From a virus, in the IMG/VR virus record IMGVR_UViG_3300037086_000458, positions 1-64,000 of that record: 64,000 nt of DNA; one strand, 5' to 3'. Of the stretch, positions 7,138-17,663 are shown in pieces. The notes beneath the pieces were generated by a model. It saw only the letters and a list, made by a program, of their open reading frames with translations. It did no database searches and had not been told where the DNA came from. How positions within the stretch are numbered: the stretch's first letter is position 1; the number at the start of each line of letters is the position of its first letter. Both the position numbers and the translations under genes were made by a program.

Positions 7138-8139
7138 TTATTGTTTTACTTTTGTAATTTCTTCTATTATTTTAGGCCAATTTTTTTTGCAATAAGGGGT
7201 TTTAGAAAACCACATCAACCATCTTCTGTTTATCTCGGATTCGCTTAGATTTATATACTCTGGATTCTTTTTTGAAATCCTACCAACAATCTTGCTATCT
7301 TTAACTTCTTTAAAAATAAACGGGGGTTTTCCTTTATTATTTTTTGTTTCTTTTGGTGTTAAGAAATCATCTTTATTGTAGTCACCAAAAATTTTTTTGA
7401 ATTTGGTCCCAAGATTTATGATTAGTTCTTCAAAATTGCTACCTTTTGCTTCGACTCCAGAATATCTTTGCCATTTTTTATAATTATACTGGTCTTTAAA
7501 ATCTTTTCCTAAAAATATCAGAGGAGATAAAGACCCCCAATATTCAATGTGGTCTGAGCACCATTTTTCCCCATATAATTTTTCATAGGGGATATCAATT
7601 GAAATTAAAGATTTACATTTTAATTCAAACTCAGAGCATTCTTTAAATTCTTTATCAAATTCAGCCTTAAACTTTTTATATCTCTCAGGGGTGTAATAGA
7701 GGTTTACCATACCTTTCATGGGATTTGTGTAGCCATTTTTACACACATTGGATATCTCAATGGATAATAATTCAAAAGGGCCGTGGATAGGAGATTCTAA
7801 AGCTGGGTGACAATAAAAAAACCATAGCATACTTTGAGCCTTTAAATGCTTTTCATCGAGACTCTTTGGGGTCCAATATAAGATAGATCCGTCCTTTTGT
7901 TCCGCAAGATTTAATCTAAATTCAGACACACCTGCATAAGAGCTTCTGGAAGATATCATAGCTGGGCCAAATTGCGGTCGTATATCTTTTTTATCTTTGA
8001 GTAAAGAAACAGGTTTAACAGGTCTATGCTGATAGCAGCTATGGACAGTATTATTAATATCTCCGCACTGATTTCTTGGGCCACTTCCTGTTTCAAGAAA
8101 TATCGCCCTATATTCACAACGGAAACAAAGACCATTCAT
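7138..8139 (-). CDS. Hypothetical protein, Cys-rich N-terminus
   Basis: 333-aa ORF in an operon. Confidence 0.75.
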   Translation of the reverse strand: MNGLCFRCEYRAIFLETGSGPRNQCGDINNTVHSCYQHRPVKPVSLLKDKKDIRPQFGPAMISSRSSYAGVSEFRLNLAEQKDGSILYWTPKSLDEKHLKAQSMLWFFYCHPALESPIHGPFELLSIEISNVCKNGYTNPMKGMVNLYYTPERYKKFKAEFDKEFKECSEFELKCKSLISIDIPYEKLYGEKWCSDHIEYWGSLSPLIFLGKDFKDQYNYKKWQRYSGVEAKGSNFEELIINLGTKFKKIFGDYNKDDFLTPKETKNNKGKPPFIFKEVKDSKIVGRISKKNPEYINLSESEINRRWLMWFSKTPYCKKNWPKIIEEITKVKQ

Positions 8140-8141
8140 AT

Positions 8142-8726
8142 TTATTTGTCCTTTTTGTCTGTGAGTGCTTTAAAATTTTTGTTCAGGAGTTTTTTATAAT
8201 CTTTGGCAATTTTCCAGATGTAATCGCTGCCTTTTATGTTAAAGCCTAATTTTTTACTAATTATTTTAAGATATGCTTCGTAAGATTTATTACTCCCTAT
8301 GCTTAAGAAATCAGAAACTGTACTTTCATCTGTAATTAGAGCTCCTTTGAATCCCATAAGAGTAGTAACATATGATCCCCACTCATAGCCTACTTTTTCT
8401 AATTTGACTTGCGAGGCCAGGAAGAATTTTTTGATTTTAGTTGATAAGGTTGCTAAATGCATTATCTGCTTAGTCAAAAATTCGGCTAAACATTTATGGG
8501 AACAGGCATAGAATTCAAATTGACCTGTAGAACAGTTACTTATAATATCCAAAGATTGATAATTCTTTTTTGAATCAAAATGATTATTTACAGTTAAGAA
8601 ACCAAAGAGATTTTTATCACCCATCGTGGCACCTGTTTTTGTTTTAATCATGGCACCACCATTTAATGTCACAAACTCACCTCTTTTAAGAGGTTTTTTG
8701 CAGTTGATACATTTTGAATAATCCAT
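8142..8726 (-). CDS. Hypothetical protein with a split Zn-binding motif
   Basis: CINC ... CSHKC. Confidence 0.7.
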   Translation of the reverse strand: MDYSKCINCKKPLKRGEFVTLNGGAMIKTKTGATMGDKNLFGFLTVNNHFDSKKNYQSLDIISNCSTGQFEFYACSHKCLAEFLTKQIMHLATLSTKIKKFFLASQVKLEKVGYEWGSYVTTLMGFKGALITDESTVSDFLSIGSNKSYEAYLKIISKKLGFNIKGSDYIWKIAKDYKKLLNKNFKALTDKKDK

Positions 8727-8991
8727 TATTTAGGTCCTTTCGGTAACTCTGACCAATGTGTTATTTCAGCTGATACCCAACAACTTTTACCATCTGGGCC
8801 ATAGGCAATTTGATAGAAACATTTTTCTATAAACAAAAAAGATACCATAAAAGGTTTGCAATTTCCGCTGTCCTTATATTCTCTTTCATCAAAACCAAGA
8901 ACTAATACTCTATACTTATTGGCATAGTTTGTTTTTTTATTTGGTAATTTTTAGATACTTTGTACCATGTTGTTTCTTTAGATGTTTTCAT
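8726..8991 (-). pseudogene. DUF551-like gene broken by a 1-nt deletion in an A run (8948-8952)
   Basis: MKTSKETTWYKVSK in one frame, KLPNKK...VLVLG...ITHWSELPKGPK in another; W..VS..LP and THW..LP are DUF551 hallmarks. Confidence 0.65.
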
Positions 8992-9190
8992 CTTCAAACC
9001 TATCTCTTTCTTCAGGTTCTCCTTCAGAAAAATATCCTATGATATCACAAATTGTTTCAGCTAATTCAGGGCAGGCTAAATTAACAGAATCCACTTGATA
9101 AATACTTTCTGCACATAGGGGCTTATTCTGATCTCTCCATGCTTCGCAAGCTTTATATAAAGCCAATAATTCATCAAGAGTCGGTTCCAT
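8978..9190 (-). CDS. Hypothetical protein
   Basis: AAGGAG SD, 70 aa. Confidence 0.65.
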   Translation of the reverse strand: MEPTLDELLALYKACEAWRDQNKPLCAESIYQVDSVNLACPELAETICDIIGYFSEGEPEERDRFEDENI

Positions 9191-9201
9191 CAGATCTCCT
9201 T

Positions 9202-9444
9202 TTATACAAATTTATCCAGTATCTTTTCCCCATAGTTACATTCGATTATATCTTTCACAGAAAACCAATCTGTATGGACACCGCCAAATGCTATAGTAGC
9301 TCTTAATTTAACATACTTTCCATCAGGGTAAACATCCCTTACTGAGATATCGTGGAATGATTGATGTTTATATCTATTTTTCCAAGGTAGTTGCAGATAA
9401 CCTATTGTCATACCTTTTTCTAATTTTTTCATGTTTATTCCCAA
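9202..9444 (-). CDS. Hypothetical protein
   Basis: ORF in an operon; the start is probably the later ATG (MKKLEK). Confidence 0.55.
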   Translation of the reverse strand: MGINMKKLEKGMTIGYLQLPWKNRYKHQSFHDISVRDVYPDGKYVKLRATIAFGGVHTDWFSVKDIIECNYGEKILDKFV

Positions 9445-9620
9445 ACAGAAGCAGCGTCAGGGATGTTATTATCATCTGTTTTTTCCATAGGCTGAGTATA
9501 CTTACATTTAGGAAAATTAGTACAACCAAGAAATATATTCCCTGATTTGCTTTTTCTTTTAATAAGTTTGCCATTACTGCATTGGGGGCAGTCCCATATG
9601 GTTATGTCATCATCTTTCAT
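9435..9620 (-). CDS. Topoisomerase-type C4 zinc-ribbon protein
   Basis: CPQC..GKLIKR..K.G.FLGCTNFPKCKYT. Confidence 0.8.
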   Translation of the reverse strand: MKDDDITIWDCPQCSNGKLIKRKSKSGNIFLGCTNFPKCKYTQPMEKTDDNNIPDAASVWE

Positions 9621-9629
9621 CTGCCACCT

Positions 9630-9794
9630 CTATAGTTTATTACTTAAAAAAGCTTTATTTGCTGAGACTCTCCATCTTTTCCCGCAATGAGGGCATTTTC
9701 TTTTCCAGCTTACTCGCGGATGTTTTTTAGGAATATTGACCTCAAATTCTTTTCCACAGGAGATACATGGAATTTTTTTAACGTACTTTAACAT
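9630..9794 (-). CDS. Small Zn-ribbon protein (54 aa, not in the ORF track)
   Basis: MLKYVKKIPCISCGKEF...KCPHCGKRW. Confidence 0.55.
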   Translation of the reverse strand: MLKYVKKIPCISCGKEFEVNIPKKHPRVSWKRKCPHCGKRWRVSANKAFLSNKL

Positions 9795-10923
9795 TTAGTG
9801 TTGCTTTTTCGAGGATACGATAATCGTGAAGGTATCGTTCACAGGTTGAAAAGCAAAGCTCCTTGATTTTTTTAATATTTGGAGATTTTTGCAAGGGAAC
9901 AGTTTTATATAGTTCCCCGGCTTCGTCATCCAGTTTTTTTGCATATTCCTCAAGCTTGTCAAAAGGCCAAGACCCCTGCCGGATCTCTTTTAGTTCCTCA
10001 GCGTCGATACCTGTTCGGTCGACATTAACTTTGCCTGTCTCAAGGATTTCTTTACACATGCGAATTAAACGCACTAGGTGAGCCGCATGCTTTGTGTCAA
10101 AACCAAATTTCTCCTCGAGCACGGCCCGGGCCTTGTTTCTGCTTTTTTGCCATTGAAGGAACCGATCCCACTCATGCTTGGCCGTATAATATTTCAGTTC
10201 TTTCTCAGCCTCTTCTAAGAATTCGTCCTTGATGTAGGATGGCCCAAGATTTTTGAGTGTGTTGGCTTGGGACTTTATCCCAACTTGAAGATATTCCAGG
10301 GCCAGGGCCCGACGATCCTCTTTGATGAACCGGGTAAATAAAGGCATAAGGTAATTTGAGTAGACGTTATCAAGCTCGTCTAAAAAATTTTGTTTCTCAT
10401 CTTCAATAAAAAAATCACCCATAGCAGAATAAACTATTGCCTTGATTTGGGCAGTCGGAAATTTTGATTTTTCGGTAAGTCCGAAGCTCTCCCGAGATGG
10501 TTCAATTTTTAATGGGTTTAAGAGGTATTTCCTATGAGTTTTTATTCTTTCAAGCTGTGCATATGCGTAACCTGAGAAAGTATACCGGCATTTTTTTGAG
10601 ACAAACAGGTCTCTATTTTCAACAAAAACTTGCCAGAAAGGAGTCATCTTAACAATGCAACGTTCAGGGATGAACAAAAGGTCCATCATATTCGGATTGT
10701 TATCCGCGATGAGAGTAAGGGCCTTACGAATATCATAGATAGTTTTGTCTTCATCCGGGTAATCAGAGAATTGATCGAACTTATCCAAACCATAGAAATA
10801 CTCCGGCCCTGGGATCATAACACCTGTTTTGTCAAAATCTGAATCAGGGGTGCTGATGCCATAAGCTTGGCTACCTACGATTGCTTCAAAAATGGTATGT
10901 TCTTCTACGTATTTGACGTCCAT
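9778..10923 (-). CDS. Pol-beta-family nucleotidyltransferase (YcgL/RlaP-like)
   Basis: GSQAYG.STPDSDFD, NPN, FSGYA, FDTKHAAHLVRL, L..IR.G motifs. Confidence 0.85.
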   Translation of the reverse strand: MDVKYVEEHTIFEAIVGSQAYGISTPDSDFDKTGVMIPGPEYFYGLDKFDQFSDYPDEDKTIYDIRKALTLIADNNPNMMDLLFIPERCIVKMTPFWQVFVENRDLFVSKKCRYTFSGYAYAQLERIKTHRKYLLNPLKIEPSRESFGLTEKSKFPTAQIKAIVYSAMGDFFIEDEKQNFLDELDNVYSNYLMPLFTRFIKEDRRALALEYLQVGIKSQANTLKNLGPSYIKDEFLEEAEKELKYYTAKHEWDRFLQWQKSRNKARAVLEEKFGFDTKHAAHLVRLIRMCKEILETGKVNVDRTGIDAEELKEIRQGSWPFDKLEEYAKKLDDEAGELYKTVPLQKSPNIKKIKELCFSTCERYLHDYRILEKATLNVKVR

Positions 10924-11261
10924 TATTAAGCTCCTATATTGAATAATCTATCACTATATATGCCAACCACTTCTGTAATATACTAAATAGTGTGGTTATT
11001 TTTAACCAAAATAAAATAGGATATTCAATAACATTATAACAAAGCATGCTATTGAAAAATCTAATGTAATTTTATTTTAGTATATCATCTTAAAAATTCA
11101 CTTTAATAATACCGATTAAGACTATTATATTCTTGTATCTTTTGTGTTGGAATCGTGTGAATATCCTATTAATACGGTTTATATTGACGATGTAAAAATG
11201 TCCGACTCAATAATATAAAAATACGAGATAAAAATACATATAAGAAAGGTATGATATTCTC

Positions 11262-14200
11262 ATGGCTGAAAAGATAAATTTGACAGATAATGCTAAAAAA
11301 GTTCTCGCCTTAAGATATCTTAAAAAAAATGATAATGGTGAACCGATAGAAGAACCTGAAGATTTATTTCTTCGAGTTGCAGAAAATATAGCATCTATTG
11401 AAAAAAATCCAGAGAAATGGACTAAAATCTTTTATGATGTTATGGCTAACTTAGAATTCCTCCCCAACTCCCCTACACTTATGAATGCCGGTCGTGAACT
11501 TCAACAATTATCGGCGTGCTTTGTGCTCCCTGTTGGTGATTCTATGGAGGAAATTTTTGAAGCAGTAAAGAACACGGCATTAATCCACAAAAGTGGCGGT
11601 GGAACTGGCTTCTCCTTCTCTCGTCTTAGACCCGCAAATGATCGAGTTAAATCCACTAAAGGAGTATCTTCCGGTCCTCTATCTTTCATGAAAGTCTTTG
11701 ATGTAGCTACCGAGACTGTTAAACAAGGGGGCTGTTTTGTTGGAGACACTTTAGTAGCTACGGTAAAAGGCCCTAGGAAAATTAAAGAATTAAAAAAAGG
11801 TGAATTATTATATAGTATGTCTGAAAAAGGTTATGTTCTACGTCCTTGTTCTGATTCCTGGCTAACTATAAAAAATGCAGAAGTATGGAAAATTACTACA
11901 GATAAAGGATTGATTATATATGCTACTAAAAATCATCCTATTATGCCAAAAGTTGATTTTGATTTTGAAAAGAAAAACTATGTTAAAATTGAAGATTTAA
12001 AACCTGGATTTTCTTTAATGTCTATGGGTAGCTATATTCATAAAATTGCATCTGTAGAAGTATCCCATATAGAAGATGTCTATAATGTTGAGGTGGAAGA
12101 TACACATAACTTTGTTGTATGTAATGATACGATGAGTACAGGTGTTGTTGTTTCTAATACTAGACGTGGAGCAAATATGGGGATTCTGGATGTCTCCCAT
12201 CCAGATATTTTAGATTTTATCAGTATTAAAGAAAAAGATGGTGTACTTTCTAATTTTAATATATCTGTAGCTATTACGGATGAGTTTATGAAGGCTCTGG
12301 AAGATGATACAGAATATCCCCTACGTAATCCTCGAAGTGGTCAAATTGTCTCATATTTAAAAGCTTCAGATGTCTTTAAAAAGATAATTAATTGTGCCTG
12401 GAAAAACGGTGAACCTGGGATAATTTTCATAGATAAAATTAATGATAAAAACCCAACTCCTCATGTAGGGAAAGTCGAAAGTACAAACCCTTGTCTTGCA
12501 GGGGAAACTTTAGTAGCAGTAGCCGATGGTCGCATAGCTGTTCCAATAAAACAATTGGCTGAAGAAGATAAAGACGTTCCTGTATATTGTCGGAATGATG
12601 AAGGAAAAGTCACTATTAGAATGATGAGACATCCTAGGGTTACTGCTGAAGAGGCAGAAGTTTATAATGTAACCTTAGATGATGGGAGTGTAATAAAAGC
12701 TACAGCTAATCATAAAATTCTTTTATCAGATAATCATATGGTAAAAGTTTCAGATTTAAAATATGGTGATAGTGTCCATATTTTAAATAAAAAACTAGCT
12801 TCTTTTCATGAAATTATTGAAAAATGTAGAACTACCTCTTTAAAAGAATATTATTGGATAAGTAATAGGCCGGAACATCGAATAATTTATGAATTTTATA
12901 ATGGGCCTATCCCTAAAGGGTATGTTATTCATCATTATAATTTTGATAGTAAAGATAATAGAATAGAAAATTTAAAGTGTATGACAGTAGAAGCACATAA
13001 TGACCTTCATAAAGAGGGCAAAATAGGTGATAAGAATCCTATGCGACGGGCCCAAACTGAATGGTCAGAAGAAAAATGGCAACAATATCATGATAATATG
13101 AGTGAAGCAGTTTCTGGAGAATTAAATGGCCGTTTTTCAGGGATTTCTAATGAAACTCTTTTTACTATAGCTGTTGAGCTATCTAAAGAGTATAAAAGAA
13201 AATTATCTGTACATGATTGGGAGCAGATTGCTCTTAAAAATGGATATCCTTCTCAATTTTCAGAATATAGAATTAAAGTATTTGGAACTGTAAGTGATTT
13301 TCTTGATAAAGCAGCGATTGTAGCAGAAGTGCCTGGAACAGGATTAAATCATGCGCATTTAACTGGGTTTATAAATTTCTTAAGGATTAAAGAGACTTCA
13401 GATCTAGACTTGTTTTTTGATGAAACATACAATGAGTGTATTCGTGTACGTAAGATTTGTGAAGGTTGTGGCAAAAATTTTATTGTTCCTTATTCTCATA
13501 GAGAGCAGGGATATTGCTCTATAAGTTGTGCCAACAAAAATAGAGAAATTACAGAATATGACTTAAGAAAAAGACGTGAAACTAAAAATGTTATAAGGGA
13601 ACAAAAAAGAATTCAACAAATTAATGCTTTTAATGATTTGAAACTTCAGATAGGTCGTATTCCTATGAAAAAGGAATACACTGTATATTGCAAGAATAAT
13701 AGGATACCTTTTAGACTCCCTGTAAAACGTGAAATTGCTAATGGTATATTAATAGGGACTTTCACAGATTGGGAAGATTTAAAAGAAAAATCTCTGCAAT
13801 ATAACCATAGAGTTGTTTCTATTGAATACGCTGGAAAAGTTCCTGTTTATAATGGAACTGTAGATGATTTTCATAATTTTTATTTTGGTGGTTTTAAAAA
13901 TATAGCTGACGGAAGAGAAAAAATTGTATTTATAAATGGAGAAAATTGTGGTGAACAGCCATTACTTCCTTATGAATCTTGCAATTTAGGTTCTATTAAC
14001 TTAATCAAAATAATTGACGAAAATAATGACATCAATTTTGATAAGCTTGAAGGTATCGTCAAAATAGCGGTAAGATTTTTGGACAACGTCATAGATCTTA
14101 ATAAGTACCCCCTCCCAAGTATTGATAAAATGACTAAAAGTAACAGGAAAATTGGTCTTGGTGTCATGGGATTTGCGGATATGTTGATTAAATTAGGCAT

Positions 14201-15389
14201 ACCCTATAATTCTCCTGAGGCTTTAAACTTAGCTGAAAAGATAATGAAATTAATACAAGAAAAAGGGCGGGAAGAAAGTCGTGCTTTAGCAAAAGATCGT
14301 GGAATATTTCCAAATTTTAAAGGTTCAATATATGACAATGGCCCTGAATTACGTAACGCAACTATAACAACTATTGCTCCTACGGGTACTTTAAGTATGA
14401 TCGCCAGTTGTTCATCAGGGATAGAACCTTTATTTTCCCTTGTGTATGAAAAGAATGTCTTGGATGGAAGAAAATTTTTAGAAGTCCATCCTGAATTTTT
14501 AAAGGTAGCGAAACAAGAAGGTTTTTATTCAGAGAATTTAATGAAACAAGTAATGAAGAGTGGGAGTATATCAGAAATCCAAGAGATCCCACAGAAAATT
14601 AGGGATACCTTTGTAACAGCTCATGATGTAGATCCTAAGACTCATATCAATATACAGGCGGCATTTCAAAAATATACTGATAACGCTGTTTCTAAGACCA
14701 TTAATTTTAGGCATGATGCTACGATAAAGGATGTGGAGACTGCCTATAAGATGGCTTATGAGTCGGGTTGCAAAGGGGTTACAGTATATCGAGATGGATC
14801 TCGAGGAAATCAGGTTATGACTGTTGGGTCTTCCGAGAAACCTAATAAAATTATTGCCAGAGATATTAAATTACCAACAATTTTTAATAATGGACCCACT
14901 CGTATAATAAAAAAGGAGGGCAAAAAATTCTATCTTCATTTCTCATACCTGCCTGAGGATACAAGGAATGAGTTCCCGGTTGTTTTTTGGATACACACTA
15001 ATGCCAAATATAAGGCTGATGAGTTAAAAGTGTGCAATAAAGCTGCTCGAAATCTTGCTACTCTAGCATTAACTAGTGGTGTAGACCATAAATTCGTTAA
15101 TGAAACCATTGATAAAGCTAATGCAGATTACCCCCATAATAGACTTGGCAGGATGGTGAGCCTATGCCTTCGTCATAATGTCCCAAGAGAAGATATTTTA
15201 GTTTCACTATCTGATATCGATGGGGATAATATCTCCACACTCTTAACAGCTGTTAGAAAATTTTTGTCTGAAACATTACCTAATGGTACCGTGTTAAGAG
15301 GTTTAAAGTGCCCTGAATGTGGGGCCGTACTAATAATGCAGGAAAATTGTAAGAGATGCAGTTCGTGTACGTGGACGGCATGTGGTTAA
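11262..15389 (+). CDS. nrdJ: Class II (B12-dependent) ribonucleotide reductase with two inteins
   Basis: PNSPTLMNAG, SACFV, GGGTG, RRGANM, NP/CGEQPL, TTIAPTG, SSGIEP, VSKTIN, KGVTVYRDG, C-terminal Zn ribbon. Confidence 0.95.
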   Translation: MAEKINLTDNAKKVLALRYLKKNDNGEPIEEPEDLFLRVAENIASIEKNPEKWTKIFYDVMANLEFLPNSPTLMNAGRELQQLSACFVLPVGDSMEEIFEAVKNTALIHKSGGGTGFSFSRLRPANDRVKSTKGVSSGPLSFMKVFDVATETVKQGGCFVGDTLVATVKGPRKIKELKKGELLYSMSEKGYVLRPCSDSWLTIKNAEVWKITTDKGLIIYATKNHPIMPKVDFDFEKKNYVKIEDLKPGFSLMSMGSYIHKIASVEVSHIEDVYNVEVEDTHNFVVCNDTMSTGVVVSNTRRGANMGILDVSHPDILDFISIKEKDGVLSNFNISVAITDEFMKALEDDTEYPLRNPRSGQIVSYLKASDVFKKIINCAWKNGEPGIIFIDKINDKNPTPHVGKVESTNPCLAGETLVAVADGRIAVPIKQLAEEDKDVPVYCRNDEGKVTIRMMRHPRVTAEEAEVYNVTLDDGSVIKATANHKILLSDNHMVKVSDLKYGDSVHILNKKLASFHEIIEKCRTTSLKEYYWISNRPEHRIIYEFYNGPIPKGYVIHHYNFDSKDNRIENLKCMTVEAHNDLHKEGKIGDKNPMRRAQTEWSEEKWQQYHDNMSEAVSGELNGRFSGISNETLFTIAVELSKEYKRKLSVHDWEQIALKNGYPSQFSEYRIKVFGTVSDFLDKAAIVAEVPGTGLNHAHLTGFINFLRIKETSDLDLFFDETYNECIRVRKICEGCGKNFIVPYSHREQGYCSISCANKNREITEYDLRKRRETKNVIREQKRIQQINAFNDLKLQIGRIPMKKEYTVYCKNNRIPFRLPVKREIANGILIGTFTDWEDLKEKSLQYNHRVVSIEYAGKVPVYNGTVDDFHNFYFGGFKNIADGREKIVFINGENCGEQPLLPYESCNLGSINLIKIIDENNDINFDKLEGIVKIAVRFLDNVIDLNKYPLPSIDKMTKSNRKIGLGVMGFADMLIKLGIPYNSPEALNLAEKIMKLIQEKGREESRALAKDRGIFPNFKGSIYDNGPELRNATITTIAPTGTLSMIASCSSGIEPLFSLVYEKNVLDGRKFLEVHPEFLKVAKQEGFYSENLMKQVMKSGSISEIQEIPQKIRDTFVTAHDVDPKTHINIQAAFQKYTDNAVSKTINFRHDATIKDVETAYKMAYESGCKGVTVYRDGSRGNQVMTVGSSEKPNKIIARDIKLPTIFNNGPTRIIKKEGKKFYLHFSYLPEDTRNEFPVVFWIHTNAKYKADELKVCNKAARNLATLALTSGVDHKFVNETIDKANADYPHNRLGRMVSLCLRHNVPREDILVSLSDIDGDNISTLLTAVRKFLSETLPNGTVLRGLKCPECGAVLIMQENCKRCSSCTWTACG
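11733..12158 (+). mobile_element. Mini-intein (142 aa, no endonuclease) in nrdJ
   Basis: QGG|CFVGDT...VYNVEVEDTHNF...VVSN|TRRGAN. Confidence 0.88.
12492..13946 (+). mobile_element. Intein (485 aa) with HNH endonuclease, inserted at the catalytic Cys of nrdJ
   Basis: TNP|CLAGET...ATANH...HRIIY..HH....DNRIENL...VYNGTVDDFHNF...GEN|CGEQ. Confidence 0.9.
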
Positions 15390-15430
15390 TCCATGCTAAA
15401 TAACAAACTTTAAACAGAGGGAGTTTATCA

Positions 15431-15586
15431 ATGAATCAGAGAATTTGTCATAACCCTGATTGTAATAAGATTTATGATGCTAATGAAGAAGATTCTGATA
15501 TTGATTATTGCTCGTTCTCCTGCTGGGAAAAAGTTAATTGCAAGCCCATTCCTGAAGTTCAGTTTGAAAAACTTGAAATTGCTTGA
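15431..15586 (+). CDS. Small Zn-finger protein (51 aa, not in the ORF track)
   Basis: MNQRICHNPDC...YCSFSC; GAGGGAG SD. Confidence 0.65.
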   Translation: MNQRICHNPDCNKIYDANEEDSDIDYCSFSCWEKVNCKPIPEVQFEKLEIA

Positions 15587-15594
15587 TATTTTCA

Positions 15595-16332
15595 CTAAAT
15601 AGGGTTCACAATAGTTGTATAGACCGTTTTTCCATTCTGTTTTGAAGCGATTAAGTTTTGACCAACTTTACCCGGATAAAGTACATGGTCGATTAGACTT
15701 ATGTGGACCCATTGATCAAACTCAAGAATTAATTGCGCGTAGGGTATTTTTGATGAGAATGCTATCTTATTATAGGCTTCTCTTAAAGGTATTTTATAAT
15801 GGGTGTCCGCTGCTTCAGCTACCGTGTGCTGAGAATTCTTAGCTCCACCAACTGAGCTATTTAGGGCAAAACATCTAAATGCTGATGTGATAAAGGTAGG
15901 CCCTATAAGAATGATGACAGGCTCAAGTATTTCATTACATAGTCTCCTAAGATTATCAAGGTATTTAAGACCTTCCTGTCTGTTTTGTTCAATAATATTT
16001 CTATTTTCTGTTATAGTCATCATTCCAAAATTAAAATTAGGGCTAAGCTGGTAATCTAGACCTATTATTATGTTAGGGGTAATAGGTACAGGGGCTGTTG
16101 AAGCTTGTGGTGCTGGAGCAGTTGTAGGGGCAGCTGTAGGAGGTATTGTTGAAGTCCTTGGTACTGATGCTGGGGCAGCTTTTTTAAGAGCTCCTAAGGC
16201 AAATATTACAACAGGAGCGATAGCTACAATATACTTCCAGGACTTTTTGACCCATTGAGTACGTCTAAAAATTATAAGTATTATGCCTATTATTACAAAA
16301 CCTGCTAGTGCCTCCCATTGGTAGGTGTTCAT
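15595..16332 (-). CDS. Peptidase M15A-type peptidoglycan hydrolase (putative endolysin) with N-terminal membrane segments and a P/A/T-rich linker
   Basis: LSPNF, ITSAFRC..LN..VGGAKNSQH...AAD, QLILE..WVHIS. Confidence 0.82.
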   Translation of the reverse strand: MNTYQWEALAGFVIIGIILIIFRRTQWVKKSWKYIVAIAPVVIFALGALKKAAPASVPRTSTIPPTAAPTTAPAPQASTAPVPITPNIIIGLDYQLSPNFNFGMMTITENRNIIEQNRQEGLKYLDNLRRLCNEILEPVIILIGPTFITSAFRCFALNSSVGGAKNSQHTVAEAADTHYKIPLREAYNKIAFSSKIPYAQLILEFDQWVHISLIDHVLYPGKVGQNLIASKQNGKTVYTTIVNPI

Positions 16333-16342
16333 ATGATCTCCT

Positions 16343-17266
16343 TTAAGGGTAATTGGTAACTTCTTTTTCTAAATCAAGTATTTTTTTATAAAGCTCTATT
16401 GTTTTATCATTTAATATGGGCTTCGTTTGATACGTTCTTATTAATATCCTCTTAGGATGCAAAAATTCTTTTCTATTATCTTCTATTACGACCCTGTTGT
16501 TTATTAAAGGGACTTTAAATTTAAATACACTGCCGAATACATCTATTTTGCACTCATCACCTATAAGATCTTGTGTAGGAGTTATACCGTAATTTACACA
16601 AAGTTTATCTTTTTCTATGGTATACCTAAGATCTTCTTTTATTTTTAATTTTATTATAACATCCCCTGGTGAACTGTGGGGATAATGATTGCCTCTCCCG
16701 TTTAAAACTATACATTTATTATGATAGTCGGATATTTTTACATGAAAGTTATACTCTATAACTTCCTCTTTTGTCTTTTTCCCCTTACAAGTTTTACAAA
16801 TGTATCCTTTTTTAACACCAAGCCCATTACAGGATGGACATGAACAGATACTCTTTTTTTTAAACATCCCTAATATCTTATTATCTATCTTCCCAGTACC
16901 TTTACATAGATCACACAGTCCGTTTTCTATGTTATTGGTTCCAAATCCTGAACAAATTGGGCAGGGTATTATTTTTTTTATGTTTATACTTTTTTTTCTA
17001 TCAAAATAGAGATCTTCTATAGTAATGTCCATCTCTACATAAATTGTATCGCCTGTATTAGAAATAATTATGTTTTTCTTAAGTATTGAGGGATCTTTTC
17101 TAATTATTTCATAGGCGTTTGTTATTTTTTTGAAAGATTCTTCAGCCTCTTGATCATTAGGGTGTTTATCAGGGTGATATAAAAAAGAAAGACGTCTAAA
17201 GCTATCTCTGACGTCTTCTTCTGAACATCCCGGTTGTAATTCTAAAGCTTCAATAGGGTTTATCAT
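16343..17266 (-). CDS. dnaJ: DnaJ-type co-chaperone
   Basis: J-domain with HPD; four CxxCxGx(G/K) repeats; PGDV C-terminal motif. Confidence 0.88.
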   Translation of the reverse strand: MINPIEALELQPGCSEEDVRDSFRRLSFLYHPDKHPNDQEAEESFKKITNAYEIIRKDPSILKKNIIISNTGDTIYVEMDITIEDLYFDRKKSINIKKIIPCPICSGFGTNNIENGLCDLCKGTGKIDNKILGMFKKKSICSCPSCNGLGVKKGYICKTCKGKKTKEEVIEYNFHVKISDYHNKCIVLNGRGNHYPHSSPGDVIIKLKIKEDLRYTIEKDKLCVNYGITPTQDLIGDECKIDVFGSVFKFKVPLINNRVVIEDNRKEFLHPKRILIRTYQTKPILNDKTIELYKKILDLEKEVTNYP

Positions 17267-17658
17267 TTAACATTAAGACCTGCTTTTGATAATTGTTTAA
17301 TGAGGTCTTTCTCCAAATTTTTTTCTATTTCTTTGTCTTCTTTTTTATCCCCAGTTAATTTATAGACTTTTCCATGTAATATCTTTGCAGTATCCTCTAT
17401 ATTGGGATCTTCGATTGGGGTTGTAGCAATATTTTCTCTTTTATACACTACAAAAGAAAGAAGTAGTATCTTATCTTCGTAGGAAAGACCCTTAAGAGGG
17501 TCCTTCGCATTATTATCTACGTGATCCTTTACTTTTTTTATTAATTCCGGAGAGTTTTCATTGAGCTTTTTAACATCTTCTTCAGTGAGACTTTCCAAGC
17601 TTAATTTATTAAGATCTTCCGAAATTTTTTTTATGATGCTGCTTAGAATTATTCTCAT
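17263..17658 (-). CDS. Hypothetical protein
   Basis: 131-aa ORF in an operon. Confidence 0.65.
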   Translation of the reverse strand: MRIILSSIIKKISEDLNKLSLESLTEEDVKKLNENSPELIKKVKDHVDNNAKDPLKGLSYEDKILLLSFVVYKRENIATTPIEDPNIEDTAKILHGKVYKLTGDKKEDKEIEKNLEKDLIKQLSKAGLNVK

Positions 17659-17663
17659 ATGGA

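Noticed and set aside
10980-10995. NrdR-box-like sequence in the intergenic region before nrdJ
   Set aside because: Several mismatches, single copy, far from the nrdJ start, and it coincides with the spacer of the divergent promoter.
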